In this document: positions 43,853-52,354 of the stretch, piece by piece
Layout: every line of letters starts with the position of its first letter
How positions within the stretch are numbered: position 1 is the stretch's first letter
Assembly (NCBI GenBank): GCA_934486825.1
Contig: CAKSQF010000009.1
Coordinates: forward strand, 11,298-75,297
Origin: an uncultured Eubacteriales bacterium
GTDB taxonomy: Bacteria; Bacillota; Clostridia; Oscillospirales; CAG-272
Length of the DNA: 64,000 nucleotides
Direction: 5' to 3'
The notes under the pieces: model-generated
Database searches by the model: none
Seen by the model: only the letters and a program-made list of their open reading frames with translations
Told to the model about the DNA's origin: nothing
Made by a program: the position numbers and the translations under genes

Positions 43853-45040
43853 TTATTTTAACGGCGTGTCGCCGCTATTTTTCATAAGCCTTGCGAGAGT
43901 CGGTGATATTCCGAAATACTGTGCCGTGCGTTCATACTCATCCGCGGCATCCGGGTCTTTCTTTCCGGTATACACAGCGCGGAGCATCACGTTTTTCGGC
44001 GTCTCGTCGGGATCGATAAGCTCGATTGCCTCGGTCTTATATCCGTTCGCCTCCAGCATCAGCGCACGCATCGAATCGGTAAGCGCATCGGCAAATTTCT
44101 GCTTCAGAATAGAATGTTTCATCAGAAATCCGAGCGGTCGGTCGCCGAGCTGGTGAAACACCTCGTGATGGCAACATGGCGTTGACAGTATCAGCCTTGC
44201 TTTATGCTTCATCGCATAGGCGAGCACGATATCGGTCGCAATATCGCAGGCATGAAGCGATATCACCATATCCACCTTGCATCCCGGCTCAAAATCGGAT
44301 ATATCCATACACAGAAAATGCATATCGCAAAGTCCGAGCTTTTCGGCAACATCGGCGCAGTGGGCGATAACATCCGGCTTGAGATCAACACCGTACATTG
44401 TCACGTCTCTTCCCTTTATCCTTTTCAGATAGAGGAACACCGCAAAGGTAAGATAGCTCTTCCCGCAGCACAGATCGCACACGGTCAGTCTTCCGGTCTG
44501 CGGAAGTTTTTCATACACGTCGTCAAGCAGCTCGACAAATCTGTTGAGCTGACGGTATTTTGAGCGCTTTTTATCAAAGACGTTTCCCTTCTCGTCGCAG
44601 ACCCCGAGTGCGGACAGAAAATCCGCATATCCGGTCGCGTCAATAATATATTTTTTCTGTTTATTGTGAGGCAATATCTTTTCCGGCAGTGCGGGGACCT
44701 TCAATCTGCTTTTTGACACGGTAAGCTTACCCTTTGACGAAAAGCGTATCATTATTTCGCCGCCAGTACCGATTATGTTGGTTTGGGCGAAATCATATGC
44801 CGCCATATGTGCGACGGCGCTCTCGGCTTCGTCCTCGGGCAGATTTCTGTGTTTTACCTTATTATCCGAGGTAAAAGTCTCGATCTGCAAAAATCTCTTC
44901 CCGCCGTTCTCGATAAGATGAGCACGTGCGCGGACAATGTTCTTATCCGTCGGTTTACTGAACACGATCTTCACAAGGTCATCCGTACATCCGCTCACCG
45001 ATCTTTCTATTTTAAGAAAATCATCACATTCCGTTTCCAT
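43853..45040 (-). CDS. SAM-dependent methyltransferase
   Basis: 395 aa. Motif I-like VCDLCCGKSYLTF followed by YGVDL. The N-terminal domain is of unknown function. Confidence 0.65.
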   Translation of the reverse strand: METECDDFLKIERSVSGCTDDLVKIVFSKPTDKNIVRARAHLIENGGKRFLQIETFTSDNKVKHRNLPEDEAESAVAHMAAYDFAQTNIIGTGGEIMIRFSSKGKLTVSKSRLKVPALPEKILPHNKQKKYIIDATGYADFLSALGVCDEKGNVFDKKRSKYRQLNRFVELLDDVYEKLPQTGRLTVCDLCCGKSYLTFAVFLYLKRIKGRDVTMYGVDLKPDVIAHCADVAEKLGLCDMHFLCMDISDFEPGCKVDMVISLHACDIATDIVLAYAMKHKARLILSTPCCHHEVFHQLGDRPLGFLMKHSILKQKFADALTDSMRALMLEANGYKTEAIELIDPDETPKNVMLRAVYTGKKDPDAADEYERTAQYFGISPTLARLMKNSGDTPLK

Positions 45041-45190
45041 CGGGCAAACCTCATATCCTTACTATCACGCAGATTATTATACAATGAGGCGCTTATTTTT
45101 TCAATAGTTTTCGAAAAAAAACTTGAAAGCAGTGCGAAAAAGTATTATAATATAGCACGGTACCGTTAAGAAGGCGAGAGGATATTTCGG

Positions 45191-46096
45191 ATGGCAGAGA
45201 CAACCGGCAAAATAATCAGAGGAATAGGCGGACTGTTTTTCGTTGACACCCAAGGCGGGGTTATTCCCTGCCGCGCGCGGGGCAGATTCCGTCACGACCG
45301 AAACTTTTTGCAGGTCGGCGACAATGTTTCGGTCGGAATCGGAGAGCAGGGCGAAAACACAATAGAGACTGTTCTTCCGCGGAAGAACAGTCTTATAAGA
45401 CCACCTCTTGCCAATCTCGATCTGATATTTGTCGTTATTCCGTCGGCGGCGCCCGCGCCCGATCTGCCGACCGTTGACAAGCTGACTGCAATTGCGGTAC
45501 ACAATCGCATCTCGCCTGCAATCGTCGTAAGCAAATGCGGCATTGACGCGCAGAGCGCGGAGCATATACGATCGATATACTCAAAAAGTGCAATACCTGT
45601 CTTTGTCACTGACGCGGTAAACGGCACCGGGCTTGACCGGCTGAAAAGCTTTATCGCCGCTCAACCGTGCGGCAGCATCTCGGCATTCGCGGGAGCGTCC
45701 GGTGCGGGCAAATCGACTCTGCTGAACACACTTTTTCCGGAGCTTACTCTTGAAACCGGGGCGGTCAGCGAAAAAACCGAACGCGGTCGGCACACGACCC
45801 GCAAGGTAGAGCTGTTCCGGATCGGAGGCGGCTACATTGCCGACACTCCCGGCTTTACCATGCTCGATTTCAGGCGTTTTGATTTCTTCACAAAAGACGA
45901 TCTCCCCGGTGCATTTCCCGAATTTCTGCCATATATCGGGAAATGCAGATACAGAAAATGCACACACACGAAGGAGGACGGCTGTGCGATACTTGAAGCG
46001 GTCTCCGGCGGTCGCATTGCCGCGGAAAGGCACCAAAGCTATCTTGATCTTTTTGAAACGCTGAAGGACAAGCACGACTGGGACAAAAAGCGGTAA
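45191..46096 (+). CDS. rsgA: Ribosome small-subunit-dependent GTPase A
   Basis: OB-fold N-terminus (GKIIRGIGGLFFV), circularly permuted GTPase (VVSKCG...GASGAGKSTLLN) and a C-terminal zinc knuckle (CRYRKCTHTKEDGC). Confidence 0.9.
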   Translation: MAETTGKIIRGIGGLFFVDTQGGVIPCRARGRFRHDRNFLQVGDNVSVGIGEQGENTIETVLPRKNSLIRPPLANLDLIFVVIPSAAPAPDLPTVDKLTAIAVHNRISPAIVVSKCGIDAQSAEHIRSIYSKSAIPVFVTDAVNGTGLDRLKSFIAAQPCGSISAFAGASGAGKSTLLNTLFPELTLETGAVSEKTERGRHTTRKVELFRIGGGYIADTPGFTMLDFRRFDFFTKDDLPGAFPEFLPYIGKCRYRKCTHTKEDGCAILEAVSGGRIAAERHQSYLDLFETLKDKHDWDKKR

Positions 46097-46145
46097 CATT
46101 TTTCGTTCGCCGCTGTATAATGGTAAGGAAAGGAATGGTGTCGCA

Positions 46146-46214
46146 ATGAAAATAATTACTATAAAAGCCAAAGGTATATTCCGACCGATCCTGAAAAAAA
46201 TTTTCAGAATCTGA
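46146..46214 (+). CDS. Possible 22-aa cationic micro-ORF
   Basis: Not in the ORF track. The translation is MKIITIKAKGIFRPILKKIFRI. AAGGAAAGGA lies 12 nt upstream, a TATAAT-like box sits at 46116-46121, and a terminator hairpin at 46224-46257. Speculative. Confidence 0.2.
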   Translation: MKIITIKAKGIFRPILKKIFRI

Positions 46215-46223
46215 CACATATAT

Positions 46224-46257
46224 GGGGGAGAACAGCGGTTCTGCCCCCCGTTTTTTT
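46224..46257 (+). terminator. Rho-independent terminator
   Basis: Stem gggggagaac / gttctgccccc (one bulge) followed by CGTTTTTTT. Confidence 0.65.
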
Positions 46258-46321
46258 ATTGCATTATACAAATGGCACAAATCTTTGCGGCAAACGCCCT
46301 TCTTTTTTTCCCGAAAAGCTC

Positions 46322-46350
46322 TTGACGGAGCGAAAAAAATATGATACAAT
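46322..46350 (+). promoter_or_regulatory. Sigma-70-type promoter of the pur operon
   Basis: TTGACG (46322-46327), 17-nt spacer, TGaTACAAT extended -10 (TACAAT at 46345-46350). Confidence 0.6.
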
Positions 46351-46431
46351 CCGAGTATGGAGTGATAAGGTCGGGTACGCACCGACCGCGCCATCGCATT
46401 TCGGTGCTCCGCGTGCCGCTCTGAGAAAATT

Positions 46432-46499
46432 CTTTGTGACTGACGGATCGCAGAGTACTGCATGGGAGCAAAGAATTATAAACGCCGACCGTCTGGGCA
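46432..46499 (+). promoter_or_regulatory. ZTP (pfl motif) riboswitch aptamer
   Basis: Hand alignment to the remembered pfl consensus. P1 CTTTG...CAAAG, conserved J-strand TGACTGACGGA, P2 hairpin GCAG-AGTA-CTGC, TGGGAG, a linker, then CGCCGACCGTCTGGGCA. GACGG (46442-46446) is complementary to CCGTC (46489-46493), which is pseudoknot-competent. Confidence 0.65.
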
Positions 46500-46543
46500 C
46501 AGTTAGATTCATCTATGGACCGACTGCGCCCTTTTTGTTTTTT
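46495..46543 (+). terminator. Riboswitch expression platform (intrinsic terminator)
   Basis: GGGCACAGT (46495-46503) pairs with ACTGCGCCC (46523-46531) with one mismatch, followed by TTTTTGTTTTTT. The 5' arm overlaps the aptamer's CTGGGCA, giving mutually exclusive folds. Confidence 0.6.
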
Positions 46544-46557
46544 GAGAGGAGTTTATC

Positions 46558-47052
46558 ATGAAAAAAGTTGCAATCATTATGGGAAGCGACAGCGATCTGC
46601 CGACGGTACAAAAAGCTGCCGACACTCTCGCCTCCCTCGGAATCGGATTTGAAATCCACATTTATTCGGCGCACCGGACCCCGAACGAGGTCAGGGATTT
46701 TGCACTGTCCGCACGCAAAAACGGATTCGGTGCCATTATCGCCGCAGCGGGAATGGCGGCGCATCTTGCGGGAGCCGTTGCGGCTTCGACTACCCTGCCG
46801 GTCATCGGTATCCCGATAAAAACAGCATATCTCGGCGGCATTGACGCTCTGCTCTCAACTGTGCAGATGCCTTCCGGCATCCCCGTTGCCACAGTTGCTA
46901 TTGACTCTGCGGTAAATGCCGCCATTTTATCTGCCGAAATTCTTGCCGTAAGCGATGATACCGTTGCGGAAAGGCTTGAAAAAAGACGCGATGATGATAT
47001 GAAAAAGGTACTTGACAAGGATGCCGCTCTTCAGGCACAGTTCAACGTATAG
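46558..47052 (+). CDS. purE: 5-(carboxyamino)imidazole ribonucleotide mutase
   Basis: MKKVAIIMGSDSDLP...SAHRTP...AGMAAHLAG are classic PurE motifs, and SAHRTP indicates class I. Confidence 0.9.
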   Translation: MKKVAIIMGSDSDLPTVQKAADTLASLGIGFEIHIYSAHRTPNEVRDFALSARKNGFGAIIAAAGMAAHLAGAVAASTTLPVIGIPIKTAYLGGIDALLSTVQMPSGIPVATVAIDSAVNAAILSAEILAVSDDTVAERLEKRRDDDMKKVLDKDAALQAQFNV

Positions 47053-47073
47053 AAAGAAAGGAAGTTCACAAAA

Positions 47074-47784
47074 ATGAAAAAAGAAAACCTGCTCTACGAA
47101 GGAAAAGCCAAAAAGGTATATGCAACCGACGATCCGTCGCTGGTGATCGTATCCTACAAAGATGACGCAACAGCGCTTGACGGTCTGAAAAAAGGCTCGA
47201 TAAGCGGCAAGGGCGTTATCAACAACAAAATGTCCGACTATTTGTTTGAGCTTCTCGAAAAGGAGGGTGTCCCGACTCACTTCGTCAGTGAGCTGAATGA
47301 CAGAGAGGCTCTTGTCAGAAAGGTATCGATAGTTCCGCTCGAAGTAATTATACGAAACATTTCGGCAGGATCGTTTTCAAAGCGCTACGGCGTTGCCGAG
47401 GGCATCGTCTTTGCCGAACCCACAATTGAATTTTCATACAAGAACGACGACCTTCACGATCCGCTTATCAACGAATATCATGCGCTCGCGCTCGGACTTG
47501 CCACCAAGGAAGAAATCGACACGATAAAGACTCTTGCATTTAAGGTCAACCGTATCCTCAAGGACTATTTCAAAAAGCTCAACGTAAAGCTTGTGGATTT
47601 CAAGCTCGAATTCGGCAGGCTGCCTGACGGCAGGATTGTCCTTGCGGACGAAATATCGCCCGACACCTGCCGCTTCTGGGACGCAGATACAAACGAAAAG
47701 CTCGACAAGGACCGCTTCAGGCGTGACATGGGCGGTGTTGAGGACGCATACCGGGAAATGATGAAGCGTGTTTTCGGCAAGTGA
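47074..47784 (+). CDS. purC: Phosphoribosylaminoimidazole-succinocarboxamide synthase
   Basis: [11 protein letters not shown]...PLEVIIRN...[14 protein letters not shown] are SAICAR synthetase signatures. Confidence 0.9.
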   Translation: MKKENLLYEGKAKKVYATDDPSLVIVSYKDDATALDGLKKGSISGKGVINNKMSDYLFELLEKEGVPTHFVSELNDREALVRKVSIVPLEVIIRNISAGSFSKRYGVAEGIVFAEPTIEFSYKNDDLHDPLINEYHALALGLATKEEIDTIKTLAFKVNRILKDYFKKLNVKLVDFKLEFGRLPDGRIVLADEISPDTCRFWDADTNEKLDKDRFRRDMGGVEDAYREMMKRVFGK

Positions 47785-47803
47785 TACGGAGGTCGCCTAT
47801 CCT

Positions 47804-49258
47804 ATGAGCAGCTTAAGAGAAGAGTGCGGAGTTTTCGGGATATATTCGTCCGAAAGCACCGACATTGCACACACAGCCTACTATGGTTTATTTGCACTTC
47901 AGCACCGCGGACAGGAGTCGTGCGGAATCGTGGTAAACGATGACGGAGTATTTGCGTCATACAAGGACACGGGTCTTGTAAACGACGTATTTACTCCCGA
48001 CATTCTGAACAGATTCGGCAAGGGTCAGATCGCAGTCGGGCATGTCCGCTACGGCACGACAGGCACAAACGACCGCAACAACGCACAACCGATCGTCGTA
48101 AACCACATCAAGGGAAAAATCGCGCTTGCGCACAACGGCAATCTCACAAACTCGGGTGAGCTCCGTCACGAGCTTGAGCTTCAGGGCTCGATATTCCACA
48201 CAACAAGCGACACCGAGGTAATATCCTACATCATCACAAAGGAGCGCCTGACCGCGCCGTCGATCGAAGATGCGGTCAACCGTGCAATGAACAGAATACG
48301 CGGCGCGTACTCGCTTGTTATTATGTCTCCTTCAAAGCTGATTGCGGTCCGCGACGAAAACGGATTCCGTCCGCTTTGCTACGGAAAAACCGACGACGGA
48401 CGTTACATTGTCGCTTCCGAAAGCTGTGCGCTCGATTCGGTAGGCGCCCGATACATACGGGACATAAAGCCGGGTGAGATCGTGATCTTCGGCAGGGACG
48501 GTGTAAGATCGATCGAAGACCACTGCGGTCGCGCCCCCGGTTCGCTCTGCGTATTCGAATACATCTATTTCGCAAGACCCGATTCGGTGATCGACGGATG
48601 CTGTGTACACACCGCAAGAATGAACGCGGGTGCCTTTCTCGCACTTGAACACCCCGTACAGGCAGATGTTGTCATCGGAGTACCCGACAGCGGGATCGAT
48701 GCCGCAATCGGCTATGCAAAGCAGTCGGGAATCCCGTACGAACTCGGATTTATAAAAAACAAATACATCGGGCGCACATTCATAGCCCCCGGTCAACAGA
48801 GCCGCGAGGACAGGGTTAAGATCAAACTCAATCCGATATCGTCGGTCGTCAGGAACAAAAGAGTGGTAATGATCGACGATTCGATTGTCAGAGGCACGAC
48901 CAGTGCCCGCATTGTCGGGCTTCTGCGTGAGGCGGGTGCAAAGGAAATACACATGAGAGTATCCGCTCCTCCTTTTCTCAACCCGTGCTATTACGGCACC
49001 GACATTGATTCAAGAGACAATCTGATCGCCTGCAAATACACGCTTGACGAAATAAAGGAAAAGATCGGCGTTGATTCGCTCGGCTATCTGAGCATTGAAA
49101 GCGTCCGCCGCATTGCCAAGGGGATAAACGGCAGCGGGTACTGCTGTGCATGTTTTGACGGCAATTATCCGACCGAAATACCGAAATCGCCGATGAAAAA
49201 CAGGTTTGAGACAAAAATCAGTGAAAACAAAGAAAAACAGACACAGGAGGGAAAGTAA
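47804..49258 (+). CDS. purF: Amidophosphoribosyltransferase
   Basis: Start at ATG 47804 (MSSLREECGVFGIY, with the N-terminal Cys nucleophile after the propeptide). PRTase motif VVMIDDSIVRGTT. C-terminal Cys ligands for the Fe-S cluster. Confidence 0.9.
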   Translation: MSSLREECGVFGIYSSESTDIAHTAYYGLFALQHRGQESCGIVVNDDGVFASYKDTGLVNDVFTPDILNRFGKGQIAVGHVRYGTTGTNDRNNAQPIVVNHIKGKIALAHNGNLTNSGELRHELELQGSIFHTTSDTEVISYIITKERLTAPSIEDAVNRAMNRIRGAYSLVIMSPSKLIAVRDENGFRPLCYGKTDDGRYIVASESCALDSVGARYIRDIKPGEIVIFGRDGVRSIEDHCGRAPGSLCVFEYIYFARPDSVIDGCCVHTARMNAGAFLALEHPVQADVVIGVPDSGIDAAIGYAKQSGIPYELGFIKNKYIGRTFIAPGQQSREDRVKIKLNPISSVVRNKRVVMIDDSIVRGTTSARIVGLLREAGAKEIHMRVSAPPFLNPCYYGTDIDSRDNLIACKYTLDEIKEKIGVDSLGYLSIESVRRIAKGINGSGYCCACFDGNYPTEIPKSPMKNRFETKISENKEKQTQEGK

Positions 49259-49259
49259 A

Positions 49260-50309
49260 ATGACAAACTCACAGTCAGAGGCATATGCAAAGGCAGGCGT
49301 TGACATCACTGCGGGATACCGGGCGGTTGAGCTTATGAAAAAGCATATTGCGCGGACGGCAACCGCCGGAGTCGGTTCCGACATCGGCGGCTTCGGCGGT
49401 CTTTTCGATCTCGGCGATCTTGCGGCGGTCGGAATAAGTCATCCGGTCCTCGTCAGCGGCACCGACGGCGTCGGCACAAAGCTTAAGCTTGCATTTCTTA
49501 CCGACAGACACGACACGGTCGGTATCGACTGCGTTGCAATGTGTGTAAACGACATAATCTGCTGCGGCGCACGCCCTCTCTTCTTCCTTGATTACATAGC
49601 ATGCGGAAAGAACAGACCCGAACGTATTGCCGACATAGTCAAGGGTGTCTGCGACGGGTGCGTACAGGCAGGGGTTGCTCTGATCGGCGGAGAGACTGCC
49701 GAAATGCCGGGCTTTTATCCGGAGGATGAGTACGATCTTGCCGGATACAGTACCGGCATCGTTGACAAAAGCAGAATAATCGACAACAGAAAAATGTCTG
49801 TCGGCGACGTAATTATCGCGCTTCGGTCAAGCGGCATCCATTCGAACGGTTTTTCGCTCGTCCGCAAGGTATTTGACATCGGTCACTGCGAGCTTGACAA
49901 GCCGATTCCCGGACTTGATATGAAAACGCTCGGCGAGGTACTTCTCACCCCGACGAAAATATACGTAAAGCCGGTGCTGGCGCTTCTTGAAAAGGTTCCG
50001 GTACGCGGCATTTCACACATTACCGGCGGCGGCTTTTACGAAAACATCCCGCGCAGTATTCCCGAAGGTTTATGCGCCCGCATAAACCGCAGAAGCATTT
50101 CGACTCTCCCGATCTTCGACATGATAGCAAAGCTCGGTGACATTTCCGAGCGCGACATGTTCAACACCTTCAACATGGGTGTCGGAATGAGCATTGTCGT
50201 ACCCGGGGAATACGCCGACAGCGCACTCGATCTGCTGAAAGCAAACGGAGAGGATGCATACATCATCGGCGAAATTGTCAAAGCCGACGAAAGGATTGAG
50301 CTATGCTGA
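49260..50309 (+). CDS. purM: Phosphoribosylformylglycinamidine cyclo-ligase
   Basis: Start at ATG 49260, 1 nt after the purF stop. YAKAGVDI...SGTDGVGTK...DCVAMCVNDI are AIR synthase motifs. Confidence 0.9.
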   Translation: MTNSQSEAYAKAGVDITAGYRAVELMKKHIARTATAGVGSDIGGFGGLFDLGDLAAVGISHPVLVSGTDGVGTKLKLAFLTDRHDTVGIDCVAMCVNDIICCGARPLFFLDYIACGKNRPERIADIVKGVCDGCVQAGVALIGGETAEMPGFYPEDEYDLAGYSTGIVDKSRIIDNRKMSVGDVIIALRSSGIHSNGFSLVRKVFDIGHCELDKPIPGLDMKTLGEVLLTPTKIYVKPVLALLEKVPVRGISHITGGGFYENIPRSIPEGLCARINRRSISTLPIFDMIAKLGDISERDMFNTFNMGVGMSIVVPGEYADSALDLLKANGEDAYIIGEIVKADERIELC

Positions 50310-50938
50310 GGACATTTTCCGAGAGCATCTGTGCCGGGCTTCTTATCTCGGTCGGCGGCTGTGTTTTTCTTTCGTGTGAAAACAGATATGTCGGAGCAAT
50401 CCTCTTTTCTGTGGCTCTGCTCTGCATATGCTACATGGAATACTACCTTTTCACCGGGAAAATAGCCTACATCACCGACGATCGGTCGCCGGAAAACATT
50501 GCAAAGCTTTTCATCGGACTCTGCGGAAATCTGCTGTCAACCTTCCTTCTCGGCATGGTTATACGTCCGGCTATTCCGTTTATCGGCGACAACGCCGTCG
50601 GTGTTTTCGAAGCCAAGCTGTTGCAGAGCCCCGCTCAGACTGTCGTGCGCGCCGCCTTCTGCGGCATGCTCATGTATCTTGCGGTAGACATCTTCCGCAA
50701 AAAGAAAAGTCCGATCGCGATACTCTTCTGCATCCCGACATTTATTCTGAGCGGATTCGAACACTCGGTCGCAGACATGTTTTATTTCGGTGCATCCGGC
50801 ATATATGACATCAGGGCGGCGGGATTTCTGTCAGCAGTCATTATCGGAAACACTCTCGGAGCGGTCGTTCTTCCACTTCTCGAAAAGGTCCCGAAAGGAC
50901 ACGAACCCCGCAATTCACCGAAGAAAGGACAGTTTTGA
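50303..50938 (+). CDS. Formate/nitrite transporter (FNT) family-like membrane protein, short form
   Basis: 211 aa, six hydrophobic segments, YLFTGK (cf. ELFTGN) and SGFEHSVADMFYF (cf. GFEHSIANM). The ATG overlaps the purM stop (ATGCTGA). Confidence 0.6.
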   Translation: MLRTFSESICAGLLISVGGCVFLSCENRYVGAILFSVALLCICYMEYYLFTGKIAYITDDRSPENIAKLFIGLCGNLLSTFLLGMVIRPAIPFIGDNAVGVFEAKLLQSPAQTVVRAAFCGMLMYLAVDIFRKKKSPIAILFCIPTFILSGFEHSVADMFYFGASGIYDIRAAGFLSAVIIGNTLGAVVLPLLEKVPKGHEPRNSPKKGQF

Positions 50939-50942
50939 TCTT

Positions 50943-51578
50943 ATGAAAAGCAAAGACACCACCGGACAGAGATATGCAAGGATTGCCGTACTGGTTTCGG
51001 GCGGAGGCACAAATCTTCAGGCACTTATTGACGCCGAAAAAAGCGGTATCCTGCACAGCGGCAGAATTGTGCTTGTGATTTCCAACAAAAGTGACGCATA
51101 TGCGCTCGGAAGAGCCGTTGCCGCCGGCATACCGACCGAGGCGGTAACGGTCGGAGAATACGGCAAAGAAGGCGTTGAAAACCGCATTACAGAGTTGCTT
51201 GAAGAGTACTCTGTCGATCTTATCGTTCTTGCCGGCTTTATGCAGATACTCTCTGCCGATTTCACGAAGCGTTACGATCACCGGATCATCAACATTCATC
51301 CGTCGCTTATTCCATCCTTCTGCGGTGCCGGGTTCTACGGACTCCGGGTACATCGCGCTGCGCTTGAAAAGGGAGTAAAGGTCACCGGTGCGACCGTACA
51401 TTTTGTGAACGAGATACCCGACGGCGGCGAGATCATCATGCAAAAGGCGGTAAAAGTGCGCGCCTGCGACACTCCCGAATCACTTCAAAGCCGTGTAATG
51501 AGACTTGCGGAATGGAAGATACTCCCCGCAGCGGTCGAAAAAATATCGGAACAGATCATAAGCAAGGAGAACGTTTAA
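50943..51578 (+). CDS. purN: Phosphoribosylglycinamide formyltransferase
   Basis: Start at ATG 50943 (MKSKDTTGQRYARIAVLVSGGGTNLQALID). INIHPSLIP and GATVHFV motifs. Confidence 0.9.
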   Translation: MKSKDTTGQRYARIAVLVSGGGTNLQALIDAEKSGILHSGRIVLVISNKSDAYALGRAVAAGIPTEAVTVGEYGKEGVENRITELLEEYSVDLIVLAGFMQILSADFTKRYDHRIINIHPSLIPSFCGAGFYGLRVHRAALEKGVKVTGATVHFVNEIPDGGEIIMQKAVKVRACDTPESLQSRVMRLAEWKILPAAVEKISEQIISKENV

Positions 51579-51579
51579 C

Positions 51580-52299
51580 ATGAATATTTACGCATCTCAC
51601 GACATAGCCGAGCTTATCAGGGACAACAGCTATATCGGAAGAGGAATAGTTATCGGAAAAAGCGCCGACGGGCGATCTGCCTGCACCGCATACTTCATCA
51701 TGGGCAGAAGCGCAAACAGCCGCAACAGGATATTTGTTGAGCAGGACGGCGCTCTTTACACAAAGCCATACGACGAAAGCAGGGTCGAAGACCCGAGCCT
51801 CATCATATATGCTGCCATGAGGGAGTACGAAAACAGACTCATTGTTACCAACGGCGACCAGACCGACACAATATACGATGGTCTGCGTCTCGGAAAATGC
51901 TTTGCCGACTCCCTTTCATCGCGCACGTTTGAGCCTGACTATCCCAACCTCACCCCGCGTATCAGCGGCATGCTGACCTTTACCGACAATGATTTCAGTT
52001 ACGAAATGAGTATTCTGAAAAGCGCGGATGAAAACGGCAGTGCGTGCAATCGCTACACCTTCTCATACACCCCGATTGCCGGACTCGGTCACTTTATACA
52101 CACATACGGGGGCGACGGCGACCCGCTCCCCACCTTCTGCGGCGAGCCGGAGCGCGTATTGATTCCCGAAAGCATAGACGATTTTACCGGATCGTTATGG
52201 AATTCGCTCAACTCCGACAACAAAATCTCACTTTATGTCAGGTACATCGATCTCCTGACCGGGAAATCCGAAAAGAGGCTCATCAACCGCAACAAATAA
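51580..52299 (+). CDS. purO: IMP cyclohydrolase (PurO-like)
   Basis: NSYIGRGIVIGKSADG...YFIMGRSANSRNRIF matches the archaeal-type IMP cyclohydrolase family also found in Clostridia. Confidence 0.75.
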   Translation: MNIYASHDIAELIRDNSYIGRGIVIGKSADGRSACTAYFIMGRSANSRNRIFVEQDGALYTKPYDESRVEDPSLIIYAAMREYENRLIVTNGDQTDTIYDGLRLGKCFADSLSSRTFEPDYPNLTPRISGMLTFTDNDFSYEMSILKSADENGSACNRYTFSYTPIAGLGHFIHTYGGDGDPLPTFCGEPERVLIPESIDDFTGSLWNSLNSDNKISLYVRYIDLLTGKSEKRLINRNK

Positions 52300-52354
52300 A
52301 TTCTAAAGAACGATATCCGAAAGGAGCCTTCTGTGAAGGCAAGGTCTGAAACAC

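Noticed and set aside
46351-46557. Purine (guanine/adenine) riboswitch upstream of purE.
   Set aside because: The leader lacks the three-way junction and its conserved loop sequences. It aligns much better with the ZTP/pfl architecture.
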